From Mugil cephalus (Eukaryota): a DNA stretch of 64,000 bases. Within the stretch, counting starts at the first letter, position 1. The number at the start of each line of letters is the position of its first letter. The stretch is from assembly GCF_022458985.1 (NCBI RefSeq), contig NC_061789.1, forward strand, positions 11,415,707 through 11,479,706, read 5' to 3'. Positions 13,238 through 25,899 of this stretch are shown here, piece after piece. Position numbers and translations under genes: made by a program. Below the pieces are notes generated by a model. It had not been told where the DNA came from. It did not search any database and worked only from the letters and a program-made list of their open reading frames with translations.

Positions 13238-13871
13238 TAGGGCTGGGCGGTTCCGGTTCATAGCGAATACCGGTATTTTTTTGTTATGATAGGAGTTTTT
13301 AATGTGCCGGCATACCGGTGTATTTCATTGTACGGGATTTAAATCGTTGCGCCATGAGGCACTGTTTCAGACTGGGCCATTTTCAATGTAGCGCTTCTAA
13401 ACGTGCACTGCATCACCGTGAGGCGTGGTGAGGATGGAAAGGTCTGAAAAATGAAGGAGCAGAACGAGAGGACTTTTCTTTTTAGGGTTTCGTTAGCTGT
13501 CCCTGAAAATGTCCTCAATTTTAGCTTTTTATGAATGAGAAAAAACTTGTTGCGCGCGGACTACAAGTATTACGGTAACCGGTTGTGCTGCTATTGACAT
13601 TACAGACATAGCGGTTTAAATATATTTAAATATTATGAATAAATGTGTCAAAATAAATGGAAATAAATAAAAGTTGTAATTGTCCCCATTTCTTCATTTC
13701 ACCCTTTTTTCTTTTTTTTCTTATCTCCGAGACAGTCAATCCATAGTCCATTAATTCCTCTCTCAACCAGTAGGAAATTCTGTGAACATGTGACTATACT
13801 TAAAAATAAATACCGTGATACCGTCAAATTTTTTATACAACATACATTTTTGGTGGTACCGCCCAGTCCTA
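13238..13871. mobile_element. hAT-superfamily-like MITE (634 bp) with flanking 8-bp target-site duplication
   Basis: The TIRs are tagggctgggcggttcc at 13238-13254 and ggtaccgcccagtccta at 13855-13871, its reverse complement with two mismatches. They are flanked by GCTGCAAC (13230-13237) and GCTGCATC (13872-13879), a 7/8 match. An 8-bp TSD with a TAG-starting TIR is typical of hAT elements. There is no transposase ORF. Confidence 0.7.
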
Positions 13872-16800
13872 GCTGCATCCACTGCGTAACACTGGCAGCA
13901 AAGTGGAGCGTCACTGTATATATGCCTCTATATTCATTTGTATTTTTTAGAGCACTTGCAGAATTCCTATTTTTGTTTGTTTTATGTTAACGTCACTCAA
14001 ACGTGTGCTAGAAAACTTGATGATGCTAACAGAAATGTAGGATTTCTGTTCACTTTTCCGTGTTTCAATGCCTGTTTTACCAATCGCGGTGCTTCTTCTT
14101 CTTCTGCGATGATTTAATAACACAGACATGACAGCTAGCGCCCCCTGCTGTTTACCTCCACTAATAAATTAATAAACTTGCGCCAGTAAACGCGGCAGCA
14201 TATATTCGCGTGGGATTCTCGGAAATGCTCCCCGTTTGTACATTAGGCCTCATCATCGTTACTGCTCTGCCCAAATGACACATGTTGTCATTTCATTAGC
14301 AAGGGGCACTATGACGGGAGATTACAGGTTTAATGAGGAGTGTTGGATGGTGGGGATGAATAATAGAAGTGAGGACATCTGGCTGCTGGTGGCTCGGGAG
14401 AAGGAGACTCCAGACGGTGGAAAGAAACAGGGGTGGCGGTGGGAGGAGGGATGAGTTAGGAGAGTGATGGATGGGCTAAGGAGGTATAATTAGGCTTGGC
14501 ATGTGCTCGGAGGTTGAGGAGTCGCGCTGCTCACAACCTCAGCTAACGGGTTAAATGCATTTGTAAACAAGAGGAAGAGAAACAAGACTGTGGAGTAAAA
14601 GAAAATTCTTTATGAGTCCAGATAATTAGTGGTCAGCTCATCAAGTCTGATGCCTTGTTAGAGATTACACAACCCAACAAAGGTCGATCAAAACTCATCT
14701 GTGCGAAACATTCGGCTGCAGAAGTTCTCCGTCGGCTTCAAATCTGTGGAAGGGACTGCGCTCCCAGAAGAGACTCCCCCACAGGTGTTTGTTTTCGCAG
14801 TGTGTGTGTGAGCTCATTTGCGCACAGGCAAAGTTTGAATTTATTGAATGATGCTATGTTTGTATTACTCTGCCCCCCTTCCTCACATCAGCCGCCAGCA
14901 CCAGGTCTGGGTATTGATATGCATGCAGCTGTTGCTGGGTGTGAATTATAATGCACTGTTTTTTGTTTTGCTTTTTTTTCTGTCTCTGGAGGGTTTTTAA
15001 ATCCCAGAGAGTGGTAGAGAGAATTTTGGCAGGAGAACTGAATTATATTATGTTTTTTTTTTTTTTCTGAAACACATGAGGCTGATGTGTTCAATGAGAC
15101 ATAGAGCTGAGATTGAAACCTGGCGGTCAGTTCATTAGAGAGAGGCAGCTTTGAGAAATAATGAGAATTAATAACGGTGTGTTAAAGAGGAGTAATGGTA
15201 ATAATTAAAGCTAAAGACCTAGAGAAACGGAGTGATGGTAATGGTAAAGAAGTGGAGGAATTATTATAATCATTAAATAGCCCAGTTGAAGCACTTTATA
15301 TGTTTGTTTGCTGCGGTGGCCCTGAGGGTTCAATTATTAAGGAGTAACCCCCCCCGTTGAAGACCTGAAAAGGCTTCGTTGTTCATCCATTCAACCTGAC
15401 GCTGAATCTAAGTTAAACCGGAGAACAGAACAATGAGTCTCAGCTCTTCTCAAGAAGCTGAAGCTGTGGGTTTATTTATTTATTTATTTATTTTTTAAAT
15501 AAACCTCAGGATGGGATTCCTGTTTTGCTCAGACGGTTGAGCGGGCCTCCCATTAACTGAGGCTACAGTCACAGCCTCAGTTTATGGGGCACAGATTCGA
15601 GTCCATTTGCATGCAAGTCTCTTCCCTGGAGTTTTTTTAAAGAACCACACATTTTAACAACAAATTGTAGTAATACCAGCAATTACATAAATTGTTCCTT
15701 AGACCTAATGGATCCAATTTTCAGTAGCATTTTGCTGTTTTTACTCATTTTAATGACTTTGTTAATGGTTATATTAGCCAGTTCGAATTTGCATCTAAAA
15801 GGAGGTAAAAGAGGAAAAAAAACAACGTCTCAAACACAGATCTGTTTTAATTATGCCATTAAAATAAATATTAATGAATAATTTTAAATCTTTGGACCTC
15901 AAATCTTTCCTTCAACCTTTTTACACAGGAGAAAGAAAAGAAAGCCTGCGGCATCTGTAATGATGATATCAAAGATGATTTTCACCGCTTGAATTTCAAG
16001 GATTTCTGCTTTTTCAAGTGACGTGTAATCCTTTTGAAGTGTCGCAACGGTATTTTCACACAGACTCATTTTGGACATTTGATGAAACCTGAGGATTTTT
16101 CATGCTGATCCAAGCTTTAAAAGAGCATTTAGTTTTATTCAAATGGAACATAGATTTTCTTGTATCTTTATTCCAACTTAAGAAAACAGACAAACATGAG
16201 CTGCGTTTACATGGAGACTTTCTTCTCATTCCGACTGAAATCATTCTGATTGAAGGTTTCAGGTCACCTGTTTACATGTGAGGTAATCTATTCTGATTAC
16301 TATTGGTTTTACACTTTTATTATTAAAGCAATAGCTTAATTCAGAAAGTTTGTGGGGTCATATCCACTTCACTGTTGTTTAGCCTTATAGTAGCCGGTCT
16401 TCAAGGTTTTCCTGAGGTTAAGAATTAGTTCCACGCTTCAGTCTATCCTGGCTTCAATTCATTTTTGGTGGACCTTCTTAAACAGTTCAGTATTTCTATT
16501 TTTTCTGTCATCTAAGCGTGTGATAATGTCTATTTCTTCCAGGGTTGTTTTTAAAAACGAACTCTACTGAGGAACTCTGAGGAAACACCACTCGAACGTC
16601 CTTGTGCATTTATGTCAAAACAGAGCATGCTCAGACAGAACAGAGCCTGACTTAGTCCCAATTCACCATTTACATGACTTTCAATCAATTTGTGAGAAAG
16701 AATATTCTAGAACTGTAAAACCGTAACAAATTTCATTCAGTTTGGGTTTGTTTATTCAGATTGAAGCGTTAATACGGAGCATTTTAATTCGGTTTGGGCT

Positions 16801-16923
16801 CCTAAACCGTTTCTTCTAAAACATCTTGTGCCAGAGTTAAAGTGATGAATTTGAATTTAATGTTAAGATTTTTGCAAACTTTTACAAGAAACTGTTTTGC
16901 TAGCTTGCATTCCTTTACATAGC

Positions 16924-17518
16924 AGGTCTTCAAAAGGGCGACCGAATCTTTGGTTGATTAGACATTTTTCTATATATATATATTTTTGTATTTCCACCCA
17001 CAATGTTAAACACATTAACACGAATCCAACATATTTTAGGAAAGAGATAAATGGAGGCAGAAGATGTCATCTTTCAGTCAGTACTTCACTCATACACTTG
17101 ATACAGGTGCTGCCTCAACAGCATACATTTCACACAGAGCACCATGGACCTGTCAATCTAAGCCTCCTGTACACAGCAGGCCCCGCCCCTATCGCTGCTG
17201 AGCCAATCACGAGGCCGCACACACTGACTTTGGCAGATTCCCCGCAATTGGCCAAGAGCTTGTTCAGTCCCCAGGTAAAACCAAAAAGCACGCTGCAATA
17301 TTAGCAGAAGAGAAGCTAACAGTGCATGATATACATGGGTTATATATATTTGAACCTGTGTATTATTTGAATAGTTTAATATTAATGCAAAATGATAATA
17401 CTGTATATTTATAGGCACTAGGCCATTTTTAATATAGAGCACATATAGTAGGTAGGGGGTCCCTACTTAATCACTCTATCAGTTTGGGAGTCCTTGGCCT
17501 GAAAAACATTGAAGACCC
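16924..17518 (+). mobile_element. MITE family 2 (~600 bp, TIR AGG(GG)TCTTCAA), copy A
   Basis: The termini are aggtcttcaaaagggcg at 16924 and ttgaagacccct at 17507-17518. It aligns as the reverse complement of the copies at 25900-26497 and 50199-50930. The conserved core tgtacacagcaggccccgcccctatcgctgctgagccaatcacgag contains a CCAAT box and a GC box. Confidence 0.75.
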
Positions 17519-19039
17519 CTGGTTGAAAATGTTTGGAATTAAGTTAAGCTGAATTATGCATTTAGAGCTTATTTTTGTTGTGTAACACTGGCTATAGTGT
17601 CAGCCATCACTGGATTAATGTATTTCTGTGTAAATCTTAAAACAGCCTAATTGTTAAGCAACTTCTGATGCTTGTGAAGGAGCTAATCCCTTGTACATGT
17701 TTGCGTGTGAATAACTGGAAAAAACAAAGCAACATAACAGACTGGCTAAATAATAATCAATGAGTATCATCTGTGAAGCTGTGATCTCCTCACCTTTCCA
17801 TCTCACATGTGCCAGTCAGCCGTCAGGTGAGTATTCAGAGTGACAGGCCTTTCAACCAGGAGCGTTAGTGCAGAGAGAAACACGAAAACCAAGACATAGG
17901 CCTATCTGCAGACAAAAACAAACACAGAAGGGGAGAGACGGGGGAGAGGGAAAGCATCTGCACTCACCAGGACGGGGGTGAGGGCAGTGGGAGTGAGTGG
18001 CAGGTGAGATAGGACAAGGAGGAGGATGCAGGCAGAGAGGCATTTCATGCGTCTTCATTAACATACTCCGCAGAGCTCACCCTCAGCTTAACTCTCCACC
18101 GCGGAGTCTCACCGATAATCCCACTGTGACTGAACATCAGTCACTGGACGAGCAGCAGATTTCACTTTCATGTGGGAGAATGTTTCCACAGATAATACGC
18201 AGCCTCCCCTGAATTATACATGACTGGAGAAGAGCAGCCGAGACGAATAAGAGAGGAAATGATAAGAATAAATAGAGCGAGTCTTAAAGGACAGTGACTC
18301 TCAGGTGTGAGTGCTCATTCATTATGTGCACTCCATATATCAGTGAGATAAAATCATTACCTAATCTATCATCAGTTCTATTAAATGATGTTTATGACTC
18401 ACTATCTCGTAAATTTGACTGTATAATATACTACTGTAGTGCCCTAAATTAACATGACTCAGACTGGTCACAAACAATGCTATCTGTATTTAAACCGGAT
18501 AAATGTAATTCTAGTGTGAACATCTGATATACACGTATAAATATACATATACTATATATGTTTCATCTCATCCTGATTTCCTCTAAAATTCTGCGACTTA
18601 TATAAATGTTTTGTGACATCTAATTACTTGTGCTGCCTTCAGATGGAACTCGTGAGCTTGGGAAAACACAAACAAAATGTTTGGTATTCAAGTGGTAACA
18701 CCAGCTGTAAACTGTGAGAACACCGCCCTCGGCGTCTTGGAGCCACAGGGCAAACAGCTACCAAGCTAAGAACAGAGTGACTTTGAAACTTTTTCCTCAG
18801 GCCTATTGCAAAACTAAAACTTTACACAACTAAAACCCCATATGTTAACTTACCATCCAACTCCACCATCTCTGAAAAACAAAAAAAGTTCTACTTACGA
18901 GGTTGTGAATACCACAAGAGGGCATTGCTCATATGTGAACGTGAAGGCAGCAGTATTATTCAAATGTGAAATATATTTATGTGAAACTAGTTTTATATGT
19001 CATAAAGTCACATTATGATATTTTTTGTTAGGGTAAAAA

Positions 19040-21064
19040 CAGGTGCAAATGTACCGTTCCATTCTGCTTATCTGAGTTCACGTCGAAGGGGCAGCAGTTT
19101 CAGCAGGGATGTCCAGACAGCCCTCTCTCCGGTCACATCCACTAGCTCCTCTGGAGGACTCCCAGGCCAGACGGGAGATGTAATCCCTCCGGTGTGTCCT
19201 GGGCCAACCCTGAGGCCTCCTTCTGGTGGGACATGCCCGAAACACTTCTTGACAGGAGGCGTCTGGGAGGTATCCTCACCTGAACCACCTAGACTGACTC
19301 CTCAATGTGGAGGAGCAGCGGTTCTACTCTGAGCTCCCCACGTGTGTCCGAACAAGATCCCAAGATACTTGAACTCCTAAACTTGAGGCGGGACCTCTTC
19401 CCCGACCTGGGCTCTGAGAATCCACCCTTTTCCAACCGAGGGCCATGGCCTCATACTTGAAGGTGTGAACCGCCCCAACAAGTGCTGGAGGTCGTCCACA
19501 CAAAGCAGGGATGAGAACCTCCGATCACTGAACTCGAACCCCTCCAATAGGAATGGGCGATAACCTTTCATACACGGTATACCGCCATCCCAAAGCCATC
19601 CCCACGGTAAGAATTTGTCTCTGCGATAAATGTGATAATTCACGTTAATGACATAAGCGTGTGTGATATACTTGATGTCCTCGCAGCCGTAGCTTACTGT
19701 GGCTATTGCAAACGGCTAACAAGGCTCTTCATCAATAAAATGGAACTGGTTCAGTTATCATAACGTGGCTGTGGAACAAACCGGTCCAATAGGCAAGGTT
19801 TGCAAAAAGAGATAATGGATAATGGCTCAGAATAGCAACACAACAAATTTATTCCACCACCTGAATAACCATTTGAGAAGCAAAGCAAGCGATGGAAAGA
19901 TAGATCCGAAAGGATGTTTTCACATTTCAGACTTGTCTGATTAGTCACTACAGTTTTCTCGACGTCTTACTACAACCTGTAGTTAAGCAGCTTATTTTAT
20001 AACTGGCAAGTATTATCTTATAGCTCTCAAGACAAAATATACTGACAGACTGAATCAAAATCATGATAAATTTTTTAGCCATTATTGTCCATCCCTACCC
20101 TCCACCATACGTCTGTGCCTAGAAATTCTGTCCATGAACAGAACCAGTGACAAAGGGCAGCCCTGGTGGAGTCCAACCCTCACCTGAAACGAGTCCGACT
20201 TACAGTCGGCTACACGGACCAAACTTGTGCTACTTTGGTGCAGGGACCTAATGGTAAGGCAAGGGGCCACCCACCCATTACTCCTGGAGCACCCCACACA
20301 GGATGACTCTGGGGACACGGTCGTAAGCCTTCTCCAAATCCACAAAACACATGTGGACTGGTTGGGCAAACTCCCAATTCACCTTCAGTATGCTAACGAG
20401 GGTAAAGAGCTAGTCCATGGTTCCATGACTGTGACGAAAACCACATTGTTCCTCCTCGATCTGAGGTTCAACTATCGGATCGGACCCTATTTCCCAGCAC
20501 CTTGGTGTAGACTTTCCCAGGGAGGCTGAGGAGTGTGATTCTCTCCCAAGCTGGAACACACCCTCTGGTCCTCTTTCTTAAAGATGGGGACCCCCACCCC
20601 GGTCTGCTGTCTCCGATGTCCACACAATTTTACAGAGGCATGTCAGCCAGGACAGCCCTACAACATCCAAAGCCTTAAGAAACCCAGGGTTGATCTCATC
20701 CTTTCCTGGGGAGTTGTTTCACTACCTCGACAATTCCGCCCCAGAGATTGGATGGCCTAAACCCCGGCCCCCTGCCTCTGTTTTCCCTATAGAATACATG
20801 TTGGTGGGATTGAGGAGCTCCCCAAAGTATTCCTTCCACTGCCAGACAAGTGATGTCAGCAGCTCCATGTCCCCATCAAATACAGTGTGGGTAGTTGCCG
20901 CTTGAGGCGCCGGTTGGTTTGCCAGAACCTTTCTGGAGCTGACCAATAGGCTTCTTCCATAGCCTCACAAACTCCTCCCACGCCTGAGTTTTTTGCCCTG
21001 GCCGCAGACCAATCCAGTACTGGTCAGCTACTTCAGGAGACCCACAGACCAACCATGCCCACAA
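19040..21064 (-). mobile_element. non-LTR retrotransposon (LINE, fish L2/Rex-Babar-like) ORF2 fragment, interrupted
   Basis: Minus-strand ORFs carry RT motifs such as GLHQGCPLSLVLFMDRISRH (around 20082-20369) and the between-domain motif WKEYFGELLNPTNM (around 20722-20946). The 19040-19640 block matches the 3' portion of the same family, including ..tacttgaactcct.acttgaggcgggacctcttccccgacctgg.. . The segment 19640-20090 has no LINE similarity and is either a nested insertion or a deletion scar. Confidence 0.75.
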
Positions 21065-24000
21065 AAGTACCAGTTGAATAATTTTGTTATATAAACAAAA
21101 CTCTATATGTGCTGTTTTCAGTCTGAATATGAGACAAGTATATTAGTTAGGTCACAGGGGTGCTCAGCTTCAAGGAACCTGTAATGACCTTATGGGCCCC
21201 TCGAAGCTGAGCACACTGCTTGTGTGAAGTTATTTTGGTAATTGGTATAATTGGGGAACTCAGACTCAGCAGACCGGGTCTCCTTGGATCACCGACTTAA
21301 AAACAAACCAAAGCTTTTGTTCACTCCCCAAACAGAAAATAGAAAGTTCTCCAACCGCATCATTCGCTGCCAAACTTGTGATCTTCAGTCAGGACCCATA
21401 AAATACAAGAGGAGAGTTTCCACTTTGATCATCCCCCTCACTCCGTCCGCCACTTTTTATATTCTGTACAAGACTCAGCTTCAGCCTCGTTACGGACACC
21501 CAGCAGAGTTTTTGAAGGGAGAACACACAAAGATTATCTCTCCAATTAGGTCGTGTTCCTATCCAAATGTTACATCCGTGAACATCTGCTCTGATGTGTC
21601 CTACCCTTTTTTTTTTGATCACTTAACATAGCGCTAAAATGCGGCCATGCATTTAATAATTGGAGCTGGCTGTTGGACACTTTGAGCTAACAAGGAGGTT
21701 CTCACTCAGCAGCAGCTTTACTGCCATCTGATTACAGAGTAAAATACTGTGTGGTGTTCTTGTTCTGTCTCCTTCGGCGGAGCGACAGTCAGTCATGTCG
21801 CCCATCTCTGCTTTACAGCCACAGGGTTTTAACTCTGTGAGGGTGAATATAAGTGGATTATTGTCAAACACAGAGTGAGGCATGAACCCTGAACCTGTTA
21901 CTGGATTTCACTGTAGCTGAAAGAGAGAGCTCCTTTCTCCTGAGAAACAACACTTCTACTCTGCAAGCTGAAAACCATCAGTATTTTAAAATAAATAAGT
22001 TATAAAAATAAAAAAATATATAATAATATATAAATTATAGTAAACTTATTAATGATCAATTTTAGTCATAAATTTGACAAATTTTATGCTAATTTTGAAG
22101 GTGGAAATGTATGAAAATTAAACTACAACACAAAGTGAAGTAACTACACTCAGGCCTTAGCCTTAGCCAAAGCTAATTTAGCCATTTGTCGACTGTTTTG
22201 TAGCATATGAAAGCTCTGTTTTGATGATACAAGTATATTAGGGTTTAATTTTACTTTACCATATCCTTAGGATTATATCTTAACAATAAAAAAAATAATA
22301 CTAATTGACGTAGTGCTGTGAAAGCTAACTAGCTAAGCTTAGCAGAGCAGCATCAACTGCTCTGTTACAGTGGCAAATAATTGGCATCATGAAAGTATAA
22401 TCTAAACTTTGGTTTGCTGTCAAACTGTGTGCTCTACAACAGTAGTTTTACTTTCACTGCTTTGTGAGCTCTGCAAGTTTTGTACCACAAATCAGGTAAT
22501 GCAACACTAGCTTCCATGCTAGCAGTGAGATAACGTATAATTTAGTGATTATTCATAAATTTACGCACGAATTACGTTACCTAGTTGTTATCTTGCTAAA
22601 CTGTTAGCCTTGGTGGATTCACTAGGCCCATTGTTGCCTAGCAACAATGTTCTCACAACTTAAGACTGAGGTTTTTTTTTGTAGTACACAACTTCAAGAC
22701 AGTGCCAACTAACAGTTGCATTTAGCATGTAAAATATTTTGACTATAATATTGGCATACTAACAACTGCTCTTTAGCCATGAAATAATGTCAAACTGAGG
22801 ATGATGGAAATGTCATGTTCTGCATATTTTAGTCATCCAAAAAGAACTGGGCAAGTGGAAATGTTTGATTCAGTGTAGGATCAATTTTCTGGAGAGCATG
22901 AATTCATCCATCTACTTAATGACGACTTAATGCGGTATCAATATTTATCGAACTGACAACAAACACAGTGGATGATGTCCTGTGGTAAATCCTACATTTA
23001 CTTCGTAGTTTAAAGTAAGATTTAATCCATCTAGACTTAATCCACATAATATCCACATTTTGAGAGAAAAACAAAAGGTGTATCCATTTCTGTGGCATTA
23101 TTTATAATATTAGGAGCTAATACTATGCACAAAGGTGGACAAAAATATGTAGAGAAGATAATAGACATATGGCATTGGTTTTACATTTATGTCCATTCTG
23201 ATGCTGAAGCTTCAGCTGATGTTGGAGCCACATGATTCACGCCTTTACTGATATTTCCCATCTTGCAAGTGAACCATTAAGAATCCCATCTCTGCCAGGT
23301 GTGTATAAATGTATATATATATGTATATAAAAAAAAATGTTATGTGCAAATTGAAAATGTGATGAATATACGTATAGAAACAGTTTCAGGAATAGTCGGA
23401 GAGCCCTGAGGAGTGTACTGGATGGCATGCACCTGCTGTGCCAATGCTTCATTTTGATGTTGACTGTGTCGGAAGTTATCTGTGTGGATATATGGTGCCT
23501 GTTGCACTGTGCTGCGTTTTGTGTTTTATTTATTTCCAGTTTATTCTTGTGAGACCGTGGCCCACTGAGCCTCGTTGTTTATTGTCACAGTTGCGTATTT
23601 ATTGCCGTTAGACTGTTTTTATTGTCCCCAGAGTCAGCGTGCAGAGGCAGAATTCAGTTTTTACACTCCTCATATCTGGAAACCTCTCAGTTCTTTGGAA
23701 ACTTTTCTGTTTGCCAACGCCTTCGTTTGAATTATATTTGAGGCTGTCTTACATCATGAGGCACATTCGCATCAGGAACAATGAAACAAACAAATCTGTG
23801 AAAAAAGAAGAAAAGCTTGAATCCTTCCCTAATATGTGAAAAAAATGTTAATCTCATGTATACTGAGATCTTTTTCATTAAGTGCTTCATTGCTCTGGTG
23901 ATTTTATTTATTTATTTTTTTTTTCCCTGTGAGACGACTAAGCTCCAATCTATAAATCCAGCTCCTCTTGTAAACTCTCGTGGATGCTCTACTCATCTAG

Positions 24001-25899
24001 CAGGTCACGTCTGAGGATGTGGGGTCCTTGACGTCACATTTGACCAATAAATTTAATTTGGAAAGGCCAACAGCAGGGCAATGTGAAGAGTGGGGTAAGC
24101 AGGTCCATCAGGCAGGAGGCTGGACTACCTATTCAGGGTTTGTTTAGCTGCCAGGACTACTGAATATGATGATTAGCGCACGCTATTAAGTGTAACCATA
24201 GTAATACTGGTACATCATTAAGAAAAATAAAAACTTACATCTGCCACAGCATAAATCTGTGTGCAAAGTCCTCACCAGGAAGTCGGTGTAAACTGAAAAC
24301 CAAACTGAATATAAAAAAGATTTGGGCTAAATTGAGAAAATAATCCAGAGCAAAATTAAACTCACCTGAACTTAACTGAAGCTAAAATGACATTAAGCAG
24401 AACTGAACCGAATAAAACTAAATTGAAAGCGAAGTAAACTGATCAAAATAAACTATGTTAATGCAAGATAAAGTGAAACTAAACCTAGTTAATGCTAAAC
24501 TCAACTTAAGAAAGCTCAATTCAACTCAACTAGACAAAACCTTGAAAGTAAAAAGGAATCAAACTACTGCTGCGACTTTGACTGACTACTCTTCTTTTAC
24601 CTTCATTCTTCATCCTCAGGTGTGTTCAGGTGTCAGAACTGTCATGTTTTTTTTGCAGCATGTGGAACTCTTCTGTGATTCACTGTTCTGGTTGAAGGCT
24701 ATCAAACCCGTTTCACCTCACTCTGCTGTTCGTGAAGCGTACAGGAATATGGAAACCTTGTTAGGGGGCTATTTTTGCACACGTGGGCGGCTCTGGTCCA
24801 GTTTTTGGTTCCTGTATGTTTTCTCTTATATCCACACATCTTGACAGTTCCTTTAGCGCCGCAGTTGTTAAACGGCCTTTACTTCTGCTCGCTCGCTTCT
24901 GTTTCCTCCTACGACGTGTTGCGACGTTCCTTTCTTTTTTGCCTTTTCCCACTGGGATCGATCCCCGCATACCAGGCTTATCTCTTTTCATGTGTCAGGC
25001 GCTGAGACACACTCCTCATTAAACTCCTGCTGTCAGATGCCTGCCGAGGCTGCCGAGTGTCAGTCCTGATACGGGAAAACATGAAAATAGGGAAGGCCGC
25101 GTGTTTCCATTCACATCACGAATCGAACAGAGGAGTCAGCGCGACACGGTTTTCTTATAATGACTCCGGGCTGTGCCACTGAGAAGTGGAAATGTTAAAG
25201 TGACAGGTCGACACAAACTCTCAGACCGCGAGCTGTGATGTGTCTGTCAGCCGGGCTTTGAGCTTAAAGGGCCGTACCGGTGATTCTCATTTTTAGTCAA
25301 TAAATCCAGTGTACGGAGCAGCCTTTTACAGGAGCTTCAGGCAGTGGTAGAGATGCGTTTAGATTATGAAAGTCTGTGATTGATCGTTGGGCTCAATTTG
25401 TTGGCTTTGACTTCAGACTTGGTGGTCTGACTCAATACTTTCTACATTGACCTGTTTGTCTTGGTCTGTGGACTTGGCCACAAGACTAAATGTTGATTTT
25501 AAATTTGTATCAGTTTGTCTAGTTTTCAGATACTGTAGGTCCTGTCGCTCCTGATTTGGTATTAGTTTGACGGGTCTTGGGAACTGCTGGACTTAACTTG
25601 GGAACCGTTAAGGGTTTTATGCACGGTTTATACTTCTGCATCAATGCGACGCCGTAGCTATGGCAACAGCCATAACTATAGCATGACATGCATCTCACCA
25701 GAAGTGTAACTTACACATCATGGTGACGCAGACCACAAGGTCTGTGATCGGAGCGCTTGGTAGTAGCATAGTGTCTTCCGCTGCTTTTTATACAAGCAAT
25801 TTTAGAATTTTGTTGAAAGTGAAGCAGGAAGTAGAAACAAAAATGAACTCGAATGGAAAAAAAGACACAGCGACAGACAAGAATATATGGCTAGATAAG

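Noticed and set aside
24960-24990. This is a tRNA-like-looking GC-rich segment (gggatcgatccccgcataccagg).
   Set aside because: I could not fold it into a cloverleaf with acceptor stem, anticodon loop and T-loop consensus (GTTCRANYC), so it is not a tRNA.
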